Assembly: GCA_964016885.1 (NCBI GenBank) | Contig: OZ024758.1 | Coordinates: 15,872,001 to 15,936,000 of the forward strand | DNA length: 64,000 nt | Direction: 5' to 3' | Source of the DNA: Eledone cirrhosa | Taxonomy: Eukaryota | Part shown: positions 51,647-63,977 of the stretch, in pieces | Layout: each line of letters opens with the position of its first letter | Numbering within the stretch: position 1 is the stretch's first letter | The notes under the pieces: model-generated | What the model saw: only the letters and a program-made list of their open reading frames with translations | What the model was told of the DNA's origin: nothing | The model's database searches: none | Made by a program: the position numbers and the translations under genes

Positions 51647-52176
51647 TTTAACCCATTAGCATTTACATTACTCTATATTTACTATTGTGGCAGTATGTGG
51701 CCTAGTGGTAAGGGTGTTGGACTTACGATCATAATGTCGTGGGTTCGATTCCTGGGTTGCGTGTTGTGTTCTTGAGCAAAACACTTCATTTCACGTTGCT
51801 CCAGTATACTCAGCTGAAAATGAGTATCAACAATAGCTGGGGGTTTAACCCTACGATGGACTGGCATCCTGTCCAGAGGGAAGTCTTGTACTCTCAGTCG
51901 CTTCACGCTATGTAACCAGGATAAGCACTGGCCAAATGAGCCTTCTGGCTTAAGACAGACTTTAGACTTTTTAGATATTTACTATTATATTTTCATAGTA
52001 AAGGTTTTACCTCACATAATTATCTCACACAATATTGAATCTATAAGATTTTGATATTATTTATTTTGAGAACAACAATACCTTAACATCAGGATAAGCG
52101 GCCAGTTACAGCTGGTTTGAACAGACAGATGAGAGAATTCTTGCCGGATACGGCCGGTTTAAATACTAAAGGGTTA
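51647..52176. mobile_element. TTAA-bounded piggyBac-like MITE with a nested SINE (representative)
   Basis: Consensus TIR TTAACCCTTTAGCATT...AATGCTAAAGGGTTAA. Copies at about 29367, 32475, 48616, 48817, 49879 and 50705. Confidence 0.75.
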
Positions 52177-52724
52177 AGAAACATCATCAACATACTTACC
52201 AAATGGTGACCTTATCTATGATCTTATCTGCATTTATAGGAATGGACTTTTATTGGTCTCGATGATGAGTGTTTGGAACAGCTTGCTCATGAATTTAGCA
52301 TGTAAATGACCGAACATTCCACAGACACAGTTACCTTTAATGTAATCCTCAGGGAGATCCATCATTACACACTATGTGACAAGGTTGTCCCTTTGAATTA
52401 CTGATATAGTCTATCCAAAGAGCTTCCAAACAGTTTCCATGTACCCAGTTTCACTCCCAAGATATGGGTCCCTGTAAAGCTATGGTAAATGACACTTGCC
52501 CAAGATGTCATGCAGAAGGATTGAACCTAGGACTTAACAATAATTGTGAAGCGAACTTCTTAACAATTCAGCCACCTACATTTATATAACATCATCATCG
52601 TCATCATCATCATTGTCATTTTACATCCATTTTTCCATACTTGTATAGGTTGGATGGGACTTTTTCAGTAGAGCTTGCCTCCATTTACTGCATTCCTAAA
52701 TCATAACCTCTTTTTTCATTTCAG

Positions 52725-52788
52725 CCTAAAAATGTCTCAACTATTTGGTCAGAAAATTTCAGATATCCTTTTAATTTCATTTTCCGAG
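52725..52788 (+). CDS. TPCN1: TPC1 exon
   Basis: tcag|PKNVSTIWSENFRYPFNFIFR-G|gtaagt. Confidence 0.85.
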
Positions 52789-52998
52789 GTAAGTAATTTA
52801 TTCGGATTTCATATAATGTATATACTTGAATATAAACCTAGGAATATGTACCACACACACACACACCAAAAAGTCGATGGTAGAAGTGGGTGGGGGTGGG
52901 GCGACTTATATTCAAGGTCAAAATTTTAACTGTATCTTTAGTCATATATATAACAGCTTCAACTATATTTGATCCTTTTATTGTCTTTTTCTCTACAG

Positions 52999-53043
52999 TT
53001 CTGTATCGTATTGTTACCCACAAGTGCTTTGAATACTATATAT
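52999..53043 (+). CDS. TPCN1: TPC1 exon (pre-IIS1)
   Basis: acag|(V)LYRIVTHKCFEYYI-T|gtaagt. Confidence 0.88.
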
Positions 53044-54073
53044 GTAAGTTGATTGATTTCTTTCATCATCATCATCATTTCATTTTACGTCTGCTTTTTC
53101 CCTGCTTGCAAGGGTGGGACGGGAACTGATTCTGGCTTGATTTCTACAGCTGGATGCCCTTCCTAACACCAACCCCATTTACAGTGAGTGCTGGGGCTTT
53201 TTTACCATGGCACCTCCACGACCACTTTGCAGTGGAATGATAGGGACCGCAGTCCCTATCATCTCATTTCTACAGCTGAGTAAACTGGAGCAATGTGAAA
53301 TAAAGTGTCTTGCTCAGAGAAACAACACATCACTCAGTCTGAGAATTGAACTCACAGCCTTTCGATTGCAAGCCCAATGCTCTAACCACTAAGCCATGTG
53401 CCTCCATGCTCAGTTATGTAGGTAAAAGGAGCGTGAGTTTGCTTCATGGTCATAAATAATAGGTTAAATTCTCAAGCCTAGTGTTATACTGTTTCATTGA
53501 GCAAGGCCTTTCATTTCACGTTGCTCAAATCTAATCAGCTTAAAATAACTGAAGCGGACAGGCCTCCTCACATTACTGAACAGTTATTTACATTTGCGAG
53601 ATGTGGATTTAAACCATCGACAGGTGCAGGTCATCATTCTAAGTTCAAATTGTGCTTTATCAATATTAATTCCTTACAAACAGTACAATCTATTGTCTTT
53701 CGTCTTTTTAGTCCAGAAATGGTGGATTGGTAGAATTGTGAAACAGTTGAACTATATACTTCGGTTTCATAACAGGTTGATGGTTCTTCTGGGTGGATTG
53801 TTGGCCTTCCTCAGAATAGTTGGATGATGGGGCTGCCGCCTTGGTGGCGAGCCGACACGCTGCGGGTCACTGTTGGTCTGGAACCTCCCACTTTTACAAG
53901 AAGGGGTTAAAAGGGTTGGCATTATGAATGACATCCGGCTGTAAAACATTCACAAAATATTCTGTCCGACCCATGCCAACATGGAAAATTTGATGTAAAA
54001 ATGATGATGATGTTTTCTATATTTTACTTCTTCATTTATTGTATTTCATTCAAGAGATTTTTGTATTTTATAG

Positions 54074-54130
54074 ATTTGACAATAGCAGCAAATTTCACCT
54101 GGATTGTAATTGAAACTGTACAGATGTCAG
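54074..54130 (+). CDS. TPCN1: TPC1 exon (IIS1)
   Basis: atag|(Y)LTIAANFTWIVIETVQMS-G|gtgtgt. Confidence 0.88.
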
Positions 54131-54788
54131 GTGTGTGAAATTTCATCAGTATTAAATGTTTTTTTTTTGTAATCCTTTTTAGATTAGGCGACGAATTGCC
54201 GAGTCATTAAGATATCAGATAGAATGCTTTACGGTATTCGTCCCACCTCATTACGTGCTCTGAATTCAAATTCCGCGACGGTCAACTTTGCCTTTCGTTT
54301 TTTTGAGGTCGATAAAAAAAAGTACCAGTCCAGTACTGGTGTTGATTCTTCCTTTATAGAAAATATCGGCTGTGTTCATACCTGGAGAGGGTTGGGCTCC
54401 GCTGGTTTAAAAGTGCCCTAGACATGCCATAAGACAGTGCCTCTACGACTCCACAAGGAGTTATGGGATCTTTATCCTTATCCTTTTGGAATCCTTTTGA
54501 TACCAAACTGCCCCTGGTTCCATGATATAAATCTGTTAGTTTTAAAGTGTTAATATTTATATTTAAAAAAAATTCCATCATAATTTTATGTAAAAACCTC
54601 TGTTAAGTTATGCTCTAAACACCAGATTTATAATAAGGAAGTTAATAATATTGATGAATTTCTCTAAATTCTTGATTATTTTCAAAATTATTTGAAAAAA
54701 TTTTAAGCATTGTCTTTCTGAGTTAAAATCCTCCTGAAGTTTACCTGTAAATATTGGGATCAATTTTACCAACAACTATATATACTCA

Positions 54789-55115
54789 AATATAAGATGA
54801 TCTGAATATAAGATGATCTGAATATAAGATGATCTGAATATAAGATGATCTGATTATAAGATGATCTGAATATAAGATGATCTGAATATAAGATGATCTG
54901 AATATAAGATGATCTGAATATAAGATGATCTGAATATAAGATGATCTGAATATAAGATGATCTGATTATAAGATGATCTGAATATAAGATGATCTGATTA
55001 TAAGATGATCTGAATATAAGATGATCTGAATATAAGATGATCTGATTATAAGATGATCTGAATATAAGATGATCTGATTATAAGATGATCTGAATATAAG
55101 ATGATCTGAATATAA
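54789..55115. repeat. 16-bp minisatellite (AATATAAGATGATCTG)x~20
   Basis: Read directly, with A/T variants at one position. Confidence 0.95.
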
Positions 55116-55119
55116 GCTG

Positions 55120-55400
55120 TGTGGAAATGTCTCAACAGACTAAGATCTGGTGTTGGTCATGCAAAACCCAATCTGGCAAAATGGGGATATTTAAAGGATG
55201 GGGGACATTGTGTGTGACTGTGGCATCGAACCACAGATTATGCAGCACCTCCTGATATGTCCCCTGCTGGAACAACCCTGCACAGTATTGGACTTGGCAG
55301 AGTTTAATGAGAAAGGACAGCAATGTGTTCAGCTGTGGCAGAACCTCATTTAACCTAGCTTTGTAGCTGACACTCTTATGGACACGATAAGAAGAAGAAG
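55120..55400 (+). mobile_element. LINE 3' fragment with a CxC-H-C zinc knuckle and (AAG)n tail
   Basis: NLAKWGYL...CDCGIEPQIMQHLLICP. Flanked by the direct repeat GAATATAAGCTG. Confidence 0.7.
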
Positions 55401-55541
55401 AATATAAGCTGATCTCCTTAATCCATGTATGAGAAATGAGTAAAAATCCAAACCCTGTTTATAAGCCGGTGTTTTTCCTCTTCCTTCAGTTTTGTTTCCA
55501 TTTCTTGCCGAGTGTCTTCCTGATACTTTGTTGTTGTTGTA

Positions 55542-55580
<39 letters not shown>

Positions 55581-56075
55581 GGTGGTTTGACAGTATCGGT
55601 AGAGCATCAGGCACCATGCTTTGCAGCATAGAGTTATGGCCCTTTACGGTCCGAGTTCAAATCCCGCCGAGGTTAACTTTGCCTTTCATCCTTACGGGGT
55701 CGATAAAATAAAGTACCAGTAATGCACTGGGTAATTGCTGGCCTTGTGCCAAAAAGTAGAAACAATTATTATTATTATTATTATTATTTTTTGTTGTTTG
55801 AATTATTTTGATATTTCTATCTTCTTGTTATAACTTTTTTTTACACGGCCAAAACCCACTTTGTATCGTTCTGTGCCGTCTGTAATGTTTTTCTTCATGT
55901 TAGTCCTTGTGGCCAATAAAGAAACCATTATTATTATTATTATTATTATTATTTTATCGACCCCCGTAAGGATGAAAGGCGAGGTTAACTTTGCCTTTCA
56001 TCCTAACAGGTTCGATAAAATAAAGTACCGGTAATACACTGGGTAATTGCTGGCCTTGTGCCAAAAGTAGAAACA

Positions 56076-56108
<33 letters not shown>

Positions 56109-56130
56109 GTTGTTATTATTGTTATTTCAG

Positions 56131-56196
56131 TTCAACATATAAGTGTGAAGAAGTATAACTTCACTGCTACAGGAATAAGTGTATTCTTTATTTATA
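56131..56196 (+). CDS. TPCN1: TPC1 exon (IIS1-S2)
   Basis: tcag|(V)QHISVKKYNFTATGISVFFIY-A|gtaagt. Phase fits but conservation is low. Confidence 0.8.
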
Positions 56197-56581
56197 GTAA
56201 GTACATTTACATTATATTATCTTAATCTGAAAAATCTGAATATACTTAGTTGAAAATGAGGATCAGCAGTAGCTGGGGATTTAACCTTGCGATGGGCTGG
56301 CATCCTGTCCAGGTGGAAGTCTTGTACTCTCAATCGCTTCCCGACATGGACACTCGATTAAGCACCAGACTTATGAGCTTCCGGGCTTGAGAGACTGGAG
56401 TGTCGTAGAATGAAGTGTTTTGCTCAAGAACACAACACACAGTCCTTTCGGTTGGTTTTTGCCCATAAATTGTTTTATATCAATGAGAAAAAAATTCTTT
56501 GCAGCTTATGTTAGAATCTGTTTTTGTCTATATCACTGATCAGCTTGTCTAATATTTCGATATTTTGTGCGTCTTTTACAG

Positions 56582-56654
56582 TATATGTCATTGAAGCATG
56601 TCTGAAAATTCTTGGTAAAGGTCCAAGAGAATATTTTACAACTGGCTGGGATCT
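56582..56654 (+). CDS. TPCN1: TPC1 exon (IIS2)
   Basis: acag|(I)YVIEACLKILGKGPREYFTTGWD-CT|gtaagt. Confidence 0.93.
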
Positions 56655-56813
56655 GTAAGTTAAATATTCTTTCTTTGTAGAAATATATATTATATACACT
56701 GTATAAAAAAAGTGCATCTAGGCTAATTTTTCGTTGATCTACACTAATTTTTCTTTAATTTTACTATTATTACATTTTCAATGAAATCTATTATTTTTTT
56801 GCTATATTTTCAG

Positions 56814-56918
56814 GTTTGACTTTTTTGTTACCTTAGTAAGCATTATTGGTTTACTTGGTGAGCTTGTCAATAACAATTTCTACTACATCATGGTTCTTCG
56901 ACCTTTCAGGCTTCTCAG
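56814..56918 (+). CDS. TPCN1: TPC1 exon (IIS3-IIS4)
   Basis: tcag|FDFFVTLVSIIGLLGELVNNNFYYIMVLRPFRLL-AG|gtttgt. Confidence 0.93.
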
Positions 56919-57586
56919 GTTTGTCTTTTTCTGCTATTGAAACTGCTGTTACCATTCTATTACTTAATATGTCTATATGTATATATATATAGAAATTCCA
57001 CCAAGTGTAGGGCGATCAAAATTGATGGAAATTACGGAGTAGGTAGACCCAGAAAAACCTGGGACGATTTGATAAATTCCGACCTTACACACTTGCACAT
57101 CTCTAAGATAATGTCAACGGACCGAGATCTTTGGCGCCACACAGTAATACAGAAGACCCGCCTTGCCTATGTACAAAGCAAAACCTACAGTCAGTCAGGC
57201 ACCTCTTAACCAAATATACACCCCAACCCACTACCCCTACTCCATCCCCCCACTCCCACCAACACCACCCTTTCTCTGTAAAGTTGGTACCACAACATCC
57301 AGTCCCAATTAATGAGATAATGAGATCGCGATTGAGATCGTGTAGGTGTCACAACAAAGAAACACACAGTCCACGCTGTAATGTGGCCATGTAAGTAACA
57401 TGGTAATGTTCCCAGTCCACGCTGTAAATGTGGTTGGTGTTCGGAAGGGCATCCAGCTGTAGAAAACATGCCAGATAGACCTATATGAGCGAGACACGGT
57501 TACCCGACCAATCTTGCCTCAAATAGGACAACTCCCGTCTAACCCATGTAAGCATGGAAGATAGACGTTAAATGATGATGATGATG

Positions 57587-57631
<45 letters not shown>

Positions 57632-57634
<3 letters not shown>

Positions 57635-58745
57635 GAAAGAAGAGTGACACGGTTTGCTATACAAAAAAGGTTTTTAATCTCATTGCTGACAATTGTTTCT
57701 CTGAACTGGTAGGTCTAGAGATCGCTACCCGCTTATTTTCACGTTACTTGATCACCAATACAAAGTTATAACCAGTCAATTCATCGGAGCTTGTGAGAAT
57801 GAAAAGAATATACAGGCATGGCTACTATATATAGTAGTAATGGCATTCAATCAGAACAATAACAACAATACTAACAATGCTAGCAATAAATTATTTGAAA
57901 TTATCGCAGCATCAATCTAGGTGGGAAGTATAGTATATCTACGATTTTAGCGTGTAAAACTAGCTGACATGAGGTAGATGTATAAAATTGACATGGAAAA
58001 GCTGTCGTGGGGTGTATTATATCTAGTGTAAAGATAAGCCGGTGTCTTTAAACAATATGCGTCAGGTGGCCATAAGAGTCGGTTATTATCTGACAGATGG
58101 AGAATTTATCACTGTAGTGAGATTTGTGTGGTCTATATTAAATGAAAGGGTTGTCTAGCTTTCTCATCATCAATAACATACATGTATAAGACAACATTAA
58201 CAGAGTAGCAATATAATGGGCAAGTTAATACAGAGGTTAAGGAGGCAATATATATATATATACACACATGCACACAAACATATATATATATACATACACA
58301 TATAAAGAGAAAACATGCTGACTATAATTATAACAGGAGGAAGGTAAAGTTCTGTTGTAGTAGTATTTTGAAATGTTCTTGGATTTAGGATCAAGTGCTG
58401 ACAGCAGCTGAGAAGAGATATGCTTATGGGTTGATGAGGTACTTACAGACATTAGTGTGGTATAGAATTAAGAAGGCTAGAATGTACTTTATGATTATAT
58501 TTCTGTGGTGGTTCGTGCAGTGTAGTGGGTATTCTAAGTTAAAAGCTAGGTTACGTCGGTTCAATTCACGGAGGTTTAAATCTTATGAATTTAGTGGCGA
58601 TCCTGTGCCTGCAGAAGATAGATCTTTCTAACTTGCTGTTAAGTAGCCTTTTTACATTTCTAAGGATATACAGTAATTCTAGATGACATAGCCTACAGTG
58701 GGACATACCGGTACTGTAGGTCTTTGCGGCCGACAACCTCGACCA
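57632..58745 (-). mobile_element. Highly decayed PLE 3' region between (TA)n tracts
   Basis: Contains hammerhead D and weak remnants such as RLIFTLDIIHP resembling the PLE endonuclease C-terminus. Confidence 0.4.
57678..57798 (-). ncRNA. Degenerate type I hammerhead (copy D, third family)
   Basis: UCUCAcaaGCU-CCGAUGA-...CUGGU-long loop-ACCAG...-GAAAC-AAUU-GUC/AGCaaUGAGA. U4 is replaced by C and the base of stem II is mismatched. Confidence 0.6.
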
Positions 58746-59247
58746 GTATATATATATATAGGTGTATATGTGTATGTGTGTGTGTCTTCTCTTCAGATCC
58801 ATTTCCATGACTAAAACTTCTGGTCCATCTCTCTCTCCCCTTCTTTCCTCTTTACCAAGCAACATGTTGCTGCCAGTGTCACCTGTTATTATATTTACCT
58901 GTGCTAATATTTCGAGTCTAAAAACCCTTTGTCGGAAGACTATAATGAGAAACTGTCTTAGAGTTCATACTTTTGTTGTTTAAAGGCTTACCATTTTTTT
59001 CCCCCTAAAAACTTTACACCATAAAAAGCACCCAGTCCACCCTGCAATGTAGTTAGATTAAAACGGGCCTCCAGTCGTAGAAAACCAAGCCCCAAATGGA
59101 TTGTATGAGCAAGACTAGCCTGACAACAGAACCTGAGAGCCTGTCTAACCTATGGAAGCATGGAAAATAGATGCTAAATAATAATAGTAATGGTGATTAT
59201 GATATATAAGATATTGACCCTTGCTTTTGGTATTGTCTATTTTGCAG

Positions 59248-59319
59248 ATTATTCAAGATCAATCGACGATATCGAGATGTATTGGGAACATTCTTTGTTA
59301 TTTTCTCCCGTCTTGTCAG
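59248..59319 (+). CDS. TPCN1: TPC1 exon (IIS4-S5 linker)
   Basis: gcag|(R)LFKINRRYRDVLGTFFVIFSRLV-AG|gtaatg. Confidence 0.92.
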
Positions 59320-59554
59320 GTAATGAGACATCTTTTAGTGTTTTCCTTGTTTTCTCAGACATTTTTTCCCATTCCTTTTGTTATTGAAATCGTTATTCCT
59401 GTTGTTGAAACACTTTTTAATGTATAAATATATGTAGACCCATCCAACCCTTGCTAGCAGGGAAAGTGGACATTAAATGACGACAATGATAATGATGGTT
59501 TTGTTTATACTGTATTTTTTGTGCTGTGTTTATCATAATCACCACCATCGCCAT

Positions 59555-60145
59555 CACTTTACAGAGTGTACTGGGTGCATTTTATCATGGCATCAGTGCT
59601 ACTTCTTTACAGGGTGTACTGGGTGTTTTTATCATGGCATCAGTGCTACCTCTTTACAGAATGTACTGGGTGCATTTTTATCATAGCATCAGTGCTACCT
59701 CTTTACAGAGTGTACTGGGCGTATTTTATCATAACATCAGTGCCACCTCTTTACAGAGTGTACTGGATGTATTTTATCATAGCATCAGTGCCACTTCTTT
59801 ACAGAGTATACTGGGTGTATTTTATCTTGGAATCAGTGCTACCTCTTTTAAGAGTGTACTGGATATATTTTATCTTGGCCTCAGTGCTACCTCTTTACAG
59901 AGTGACCTGGGTGTATTTTATCATAGCATCAGTGCTACCTCTTTACAGAGTGTACTGGGTGCATTTTTATCATAGCATCAGTGCTACCTCTTTACAGAGT
60001 GTACTGGGTGCATTTTATCTTGGCCTCAGTGCTACCTCTTTACAGAGTGTACTGGGTGTATTTTATCTTGGCATCAGTGCCACCTCTTTACAGAGTGTAC
60101 TGGATGTATTTTATCATAGCATCAGTGCCACTCTTTACAGAGTGC
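59555..60145. repeat. 48-bp minisatellite (~12 units), SINE-module derived
   Basis: Unit CTCTTTACAGAGTGTACTGGGTGTATTTTATCATAGCATCAGTGCTAC. Confidence 0.9.
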
Positions 60146-60241
60146 ATTAGAGATGTTGTGACTAGAGAAGTGATTCTAATGCTAATTAAAGCTACTATGT
60201 CTTTACCAAATTAATTTTTACTGTTTATTTATTTTTTTCAG

Positions 60242-60331
60242 CATTGCTTTAACTATTATGATGTTATATTATTTCTTTGGTATTATTGGAATGGAACTTA
60301 TTGGGGATGTTAATCTCACCAATTGTTGCCA
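60242..60331 (+). CDS. TPCN1: TPC1 exon (IIS5)
   Basis: tcag|(S)IALTIMMLYYFFGIIGMELIGDVNLTNCC-CA|gtaagt. Confidence 0.93.
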
Positions 60332-61447
60332 GTAAGTTTTGTTACATTTCTTCAATTATTCATTCAGATAATTTACTGTAAACATGTTCACAGACGTCCA
60401 TATCTTTTTCTTCACTGAACTTTTAACTCTTAATCTTTAGCGCGCTGTTGGCGACTTAATGCACCATAGCGTCATCTCCCCTTAATAAATAATGCAGTGT
60501 CAAGGGAAACAATTCTTTAAAATTACTAGCATGCTAAAGGTTAACATCTTCTGTACCACATACTACATGAGCTCATATTAGGAAGACATTCTTGAAAAAT
60601 ACAATACAGCACTATGGCTGCATCATATTAGACATTAAAATAATTGTTTCTACTTTTGGCACAAGGCCAGCAATTACCCAGTACATTACTGGTACTTTAT
60701 TTTATCGACCCCGTAAGGATGAAAGGCAAAGTCAACCTCGGCGGGATTTGAACTCAGATCGTAAAGGGACGTAACTATGCTGGAAAGCATGGCGTCTGAT
60801 AATAATGATGATTTCTAGTATAAGCACAAGGCCAGTAATTTGGGGGAGGGGAAAGTTGATGAAATCAACCCCAGTACATTACTGGTACTTTATTTTATCG
60901 ACCCCGTAAGGATGAAAGGCAAAGTTAACCTCGGTGAGATTTGAACTTAGATCATGCAAAGCATGACGTCCGACTCTCTACTGATACTGCCAATCCATCG
61001 CCCTCATATATAATAATAATAATGATAATAATAATAATAATGTCACAAAAGATTGAAATGTGAATGGAATATACCTTGATGAGCAATGAAAAGATGGCTC
61101 TGGACTGCACTTATTTGTTAGTTTATATTGCTAGTGTACCCCTGGCCAGTTTTGAGACTCAATTCACTTTTACATATGGTTGTGAAAAACTCTTCTCTGA
61201 TTGCTATTTGGAAGGGATTATTAAATTTGCTAAGGTTAAATTCTACCGTTGTCACTCTTTACTCAGTTCTTTTGTCCTATTTCCTTTAATTCATATTATC
61301 TTGGCACTTATAATCTCACACACATTGTTAGGCTTCCAAATAATTAAACTTATTTCCTAGTTATATTTGTATTTCTTATAACACAATGCTTCTAGCAAAC
61401 TACAACATTTTGTTAATGATATTTCTGATTGTGTTGTTGTTTTGAAG

Positions 61448-61545
61448 GAACACTAGTGTTGCAGACTTCTACCGACAAGATAACAGCACCAATATCCAAG
61501 GCTTATATTATTTAAATAATTTTAAAAATATACTTTACAGCGGAG
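61448..61545 (+). CDS. TPCN1: TPC1 exon (luminal turret II)
   Basis: gaag|NTSVADFYRQDNSTNIQGLYYLNNFKNILYSG-G|gtaaga. Confidence 0.93.
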
Positions 61546-62753
61546 GTAAGAAATTTAACTTCGATTCACAAACTTCAAATACCACTGACAATTTTTATAC
61601 TTGCAGACCGGGTGATGTGTTGTTTCCTTGAGCAATACACTTTATTTCACATTGCTCCAGTTTACTCAGCTGTAGAAATGAGATGATAGGGACTGGGCTC
61701 CATATCATTCCACTGCAAAGTTGTCGTGGAGTTGCCATGGCAAAAAAGCACCTAGCACTCACTGTAAATGAGGTTGGTGTTAGGAAGGGCATCCAGCAGT
61801 AGAAATCAAGCCAGAATGAGTTCCTGATCCACCCTTGCAAGCAGGGAAAAGCGGACGTAAAATGATGATAATGATGATCCTTTAAATTTAACCCTTTTAA
61901 GATACAAGTAATTATATATATATATATATACAGTTGTCCTCTGGTATTCGTGAGGGTTACGTTTCTAGAACACCCGCGAAGAGTGAAAAGCTGCGAATAT
62001 TGGGCGTGGTTCATAAAAATCAAAAACAACATAAAACATAGGCCAGCAAATACGGTATATTGTTATTAATAATTTAGCGTTAAAAAGCATAGAAAAAATA
62101 TATATTGCCACGAAAAAAAAAACATTAAAAAATCGCAGAAGATATTTACAATTCCGCGAATATGTGGTGGTTTCACAAACAATTAGTTAGGTTCTAAGGA
62201 AAATTCTGCGAATAACTGGGACCGCGAATGCCGAGGATGCACTATATGTATAATAATAATAATGAAATTATTGTGTACAGTGCTCAGGTGCACTACAACT
62301 CATCAAAGGTGCATGTATAGTACATAGAATAATGTACAAATGTCAGGAAAATGAACAGTGCACGAGTCATGATATAATAACAATAACAATAATGAAATAT
62401 TGTGTACAGTGCCCAGGTGCACCACAACTCATCAAAAAAGTGCATGTACAGTACATTAGGGCAATGCACAAACATCAGTAAAATGAACAGTGCACGAGTC
62501 ATGATACACACATGTGTGCATGTGTATGGAAGGGGTACATCAGGTGTAGTTTTGATAAACTATTAATATATATATTATCTGTGGGTAGAGCAGACCTCAG
62601 ATCACTGAAACTCACAGAGGAGATGACGAAGGACCGTGACAAGTGGAGAGATGCTGTGCCGAATAGGACCCGTCCAACCCTTGCAAGCAGGGAAAAGCGG
62701 ACGTAAAATAATGAAGATGATGACGATGATGATGATTTTTCTGTTTATTTCAG

Positions 62754-62800
62754 TGACTCTATTTGAGCTGACCATTGTTAATAACTGGTTTATCATCATG
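62754..62800 (+). CDS. TPCN1: TPC1 exon (filter II)
   Basis: tcag|(V)TLFELTIVNNWFIIM|gtgagt. Confidence 0.95.
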
Positions 62801-63137
62801 GTGAGTACATTCTACTATTTAAAACAATTTATTTACTGGTTTCAGTCATTAGATCATGGCCATGCTGCAGCACCATTTTGAAAGGGTAGATCATAGCCAT
62901 GCTGCGGCACCACTTTGAAAGGATAGATCATGGTCATGCTGTGGCACCACTTTGAAGGGGTTTAGTTAATGTTATTGACAACAGTACCCACTATTAGTTT
63001 TCTGATTCAGAGCGTGGAAAATGGACGTTAAGTGATGATGACAACACTACTACAATGTTATTTGTGGTCAGCAAATGTAATAACAGCTCCTTATTCTGTA
63101 TGTCTTCTAAAATGTATCTTTTGTATTATTTATACAG

Positions 63138-63206
63138 GAAGGTTATGCTAACACAGTCAGTGAATGGGTTCGACTCTACTTCATGATGTTCTACATTGTA
63201 TCTATG
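63138..63206 (+). CDS. TPCN1: TPC1 exon (IIS6 start)
   Basis: acag|EGYANTVSEWVRLYFMMFYIVSM|gtatgt. Confidence 0.94.
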
Positions 63207-63977
63207 GTATGTCATCATTTTCCTAATTAATAATTGTTTCTACTTTAGGCACAAGGCCAGCAATTACCCAGTGCATTACTGGTACTTTATTTTATCGACC
63301 TCGTAAGGATGAAAGGGAAAGTCAACCTCGGCGGGATTTGAACTCAGATCATAAAGGGACGTAACTATGCTGGAAAGCATGGCGTCCGATCCTCTACCGA
63401 TACTGCCAATCCACCGCCTTATCCATTTTCCTCATTATCTATCATATTTTTAATGAAAAGTATTGTCTATGGTTTTTAAATAATTTTGAAAATAATCAAG
63501 AATCTAGAGGGATTTAGTAATATAACTGATTCTCATTATTCATCTGGTGTTTGGAACATGACTTAACATGATTGGATTGGCAGTATCGGTAGAGGGTCGG
63601 ACGCCATGCTTTGACGTATAGAGTTACGGTCCTTGCCATTCTGAGTTCAAATCCCGCCGAGGTTAACTTTGCCTTTCATCCTTACGGAGTCGATAAAATA
63701 AAGTACCAGTAATGCACTGGGTAATTGCTGGCCTTGTGCCCTAAAAATAGAAACAATTATTCATCCGGTGTTTGGAACATAACTTAACAAAGGTTCTTAC
63801 ATAGAACTATGATGGAAGGTTACAGGATAAATGTAAATATAAATACTTTAAAATAAAGTTTGCTATTGTGGAAAAGAAATTTTCAAAAATTTAAAAACTG
63901 AATTATAATCTTGTATATGTATAAATAATGTAAAAAATAAAATATTAGACATTAAATTTTCTTTCATATCGTTTTAG

